Shown here one piece after another: positions 16,275 through 17,871 of a DNA stretch of 17,871 nucleotides (its first letter is position 1; every line of letters begins with the position of its first letter). The stretch spans positions 1-17,871 of the forward strand of contig JBMYPC010000061.1 of NCBI GenBank assembly GCA_049599895.1, in the 5' to 3' direction. This DNA is from Bacteriovoracaceae bacterium. Its GTDB lineage: Bacteria > Bdellovibrionota > Bacteriovoracia > Bacteriovoracales > Bacteriovoracaceae. The notes beneath the pieces are model-generated. The model made no database searches and had not been told where the DNA came from. It saw only the letters and a program-made list of their open reading frames with translations. Both the position numbers and the translations under genes were made by a program.

Positions 16275-16640
16275 CTAATGATCTGAATCGAAACCTTTAC
16301 CGCTATCAGTTTCAGACTTTAAAAGATCTTCAATATGCTTTTGATCTTCAAATTGTGAGTCATTTTTAATAAGAACTTGCGGTATATGTCTCATGGTTAG
16401 TACTGAGGCAAGGTGGCTTCGAAATCTTCCCTGAAGTTTGCCCATAACTCCCTCAACCTCTTGTTTCATCTCTGGGCTAAAGCTGTCCCAATAGACAGTT
16501 GCTTGGGAGAGGTCATGGCTAAGTTCCGCTTTTGTTAAAGAAACACAAACGAGTCGAGGATCCGAGATCCCCGTCCTTAAATACTGATTTAAGGAGTTGA
16601 GGATCTTCTCTTCAAGTTTCTGTTTCTTTATATTGTTCAT
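16275..16640 (-). CDS. rbfA: 30S ribosome-binding factor A
   Basis: ISDPRL...VSLTKAELSHDLSQATVY...LTMRHIPQV. Canonical position between infB and truB. Confidence 0.92.
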   Translation of the reverse strand: MNNIKKQKLEEKILNSLNQYLRTGISDPRLVCVSLTKAELSHDLSQATVYWDSFSPEMKQEVEGVMGKLQGRFRSHLASVLTMRHIPQVLIKNDSQFEDQKHIEDLLKSETDSGKGFDSDH

Positions 16641-16647
16641 AACAGTT

Positions 16648-17871
16648 TTAAGCTTGTCCTAAAGTTTCTTCTGAAGCACTTGCGTTTGCAGCGGCTTCAT
16701 CAGCACTCACAACATCTTCTAACTTTCTCTTTTGCTCTTTCATAATATAAGCTTCAAAGATGTCGCCTTTTTTCACATCGTTATAACCTTCAAGGCCAAT
16801 ACCACACTCAAATCCATTCTTAACTTCTTTTACATCATCTTTAAAACGTTTAAGAGAGCTAAGCTTTCCATCAAACATAATTTTTCCATCTCTTAGAAGA
16901 CGAATATTACATCCAACTGCAATTTTTCCATCCACAACTGCCGATCCTGCGATGGCACCAATTTTTGGAATATTAAATGTGTCACGAACTTCAGCTCGTC
17001 CAATAAACTCTTCGATATAATCTGGCTCGAGAAGACCTTCAAGAGCAAGGGTTACATCGTTGATAAGTTCATAGATAACTGAGTAAGTCTTAACTTCAAT
17101 ACCTTTATCTTCAGCAAGTCTTCTTGCAGTATTATTCGGTCTCATGTTGAAACCGATAATAATTGCCGACGAAGAGATCGCAAGATTGACGTCAGAATCA
17201 TTAATGGCACCAACACCACCACCAATAACTTTAACAGTTACTTCAGAGTTACTTAAGGCCATGAGGCTTTCTTTAATGGCCTCAAATGAACCTTGAACGT
17301 CTGAGCGAATAATAAGGTTAAGATCCTTCTTCTCACCTTCAGGAGCGGCTTGAGAGAAGAAGTCTTCAAGTGAAACACTTGCAGCAGCTTGTCTCGTTTC
17401 CGTAACTTCAAGTTTTTTACGCTGATCAATTCTGTTAGCAGCAATCTTTTTAGCTTCTCTTTCATTCTTGACTGTATTGAGAATCTCACCCGGAGGAGGA
17501 GCTTCTTGAAGTCCTAGAATCTGAACAGGCATTGAAGGTCCTGCGGCCTTAAGGTCTTTACCAAGATGATCTGTAAGGCTTCGTGCTCGACCATAGGTCT
17601 CACCCACAACAACACTATCGCCTTTTTTCAATGTCCCCGATTGAACGAGAACTGTCGCAACAGAACCTCGTCCTGCTTCAATTCTTGATTCAATGACAAC
17701 ACCTTCGGCTTTTCCTTTAGGATCAGCTCTAAGGTCTAAAATTTCAGCTTGGAGTAAAATCGCTTCTAAAAGCTCATCAAGCCCTTCACCTTTAAGAGCT
17801 GAAACACCAACAAATTGAGTCTCTCCACCCCAATCTTCTGGAGTAATCCCAACTTCAGTTAACTCTTGTTT
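16648..17871 (-). CDS. infB: Translation initiation factor IF-2; 5' part lies outside the window
   Basis: Frame is open to the window edge: KQELTEVGITPEDWGGETQFVGVSALKGEGLDELLEAILLQAE...GTLKKGD..., RSDVQGSFEAI, IIGFNMRP, SVIYELI, SSLKRFKDDVKEVKNGFECGI. Confidence 0.98.
   Translation of the reverse strand, partial: KQELTEVGITPEDWGGETQFVGVSALKGEGLDELLEAILLQAEILDLRADPKGKAEGVVIESRIEAGRGSVATVLVQSGTLKKGDSVVVGETYGRARSLTDHLGKDLKAAGPSMPVQILGLQEAPPPGEILNTVKNEREAKKIAANRIDQRKKLEVTETRQAAASVSLEDFFSQAAPEGEKKDLNLIIRSDVQGSFEAIKESLMALSNSEVTVKVIGGGVGAINDSDVNLAISSSAIIIGFNMRPNNTARRLAEDKGIEVKTYSVIYELINDVTLALEGLLEPDYIEEFIGRAEVRDTFNIPKIGAIAGSAVVDGKIAVGCNIRLLRDGKIMFDGKLSSLKRFKDDVKEVKNGFECGIGLEGYNDVKKGDIFEAYIMKEQKRKLEDVVSADEAAANASASEETLGQA

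Noticed and set aside
1..17871. CRISPR array, tRNA/rRNA, IS element, integrase or defence genes
   Set aside because: No regularly spaced repeats, cloverleafs, transposase/recombinase motifs or defence-system domains were seen.

Overview
AT-rich bacterial chromosomal window, mostly housekeeping genes with a few accessory envelope and secreted-protein genes. The gene mix suggests a predatory Bdellovibrionota (Bacteriovorax/Halobacteriovorax-like) genome; this is an inference and was not verified. In order: a partial NhaC-family Na+/H+ antiporter-like transporter (-), an IPNS-like 2OG-Fe(II) oxygenase (-), a small stand-alone YqfO/NIF3-type protein (-), a secreted HEXXH metallopeptidase (+), an acidic orphan lipoprotein (+), an FKBP-type PPIase lipoprotein (-), rnhA with an N-terminal extension and tyrS (-), an MpaA-like M14 peptidase (+), a putative outer-membrane beta-barrel followed by a 1406-aa metzincin lipoprotein (+), a membrane-anchored ferredoxin fusion (-), and truB, rbfA and partial infB (-). 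No RNA genes, CRISPR arrays or mobile elements were seen. The best candidates for new biology are the beta-barrel plus giant metzincin pair, the membrane-tethered ferredoxin, and the 100-bp region upstream of the NhaC gene, which holds a perfect FNR-type box and a hairpin that sequesters the Shine-Dalgarno (SD) site.
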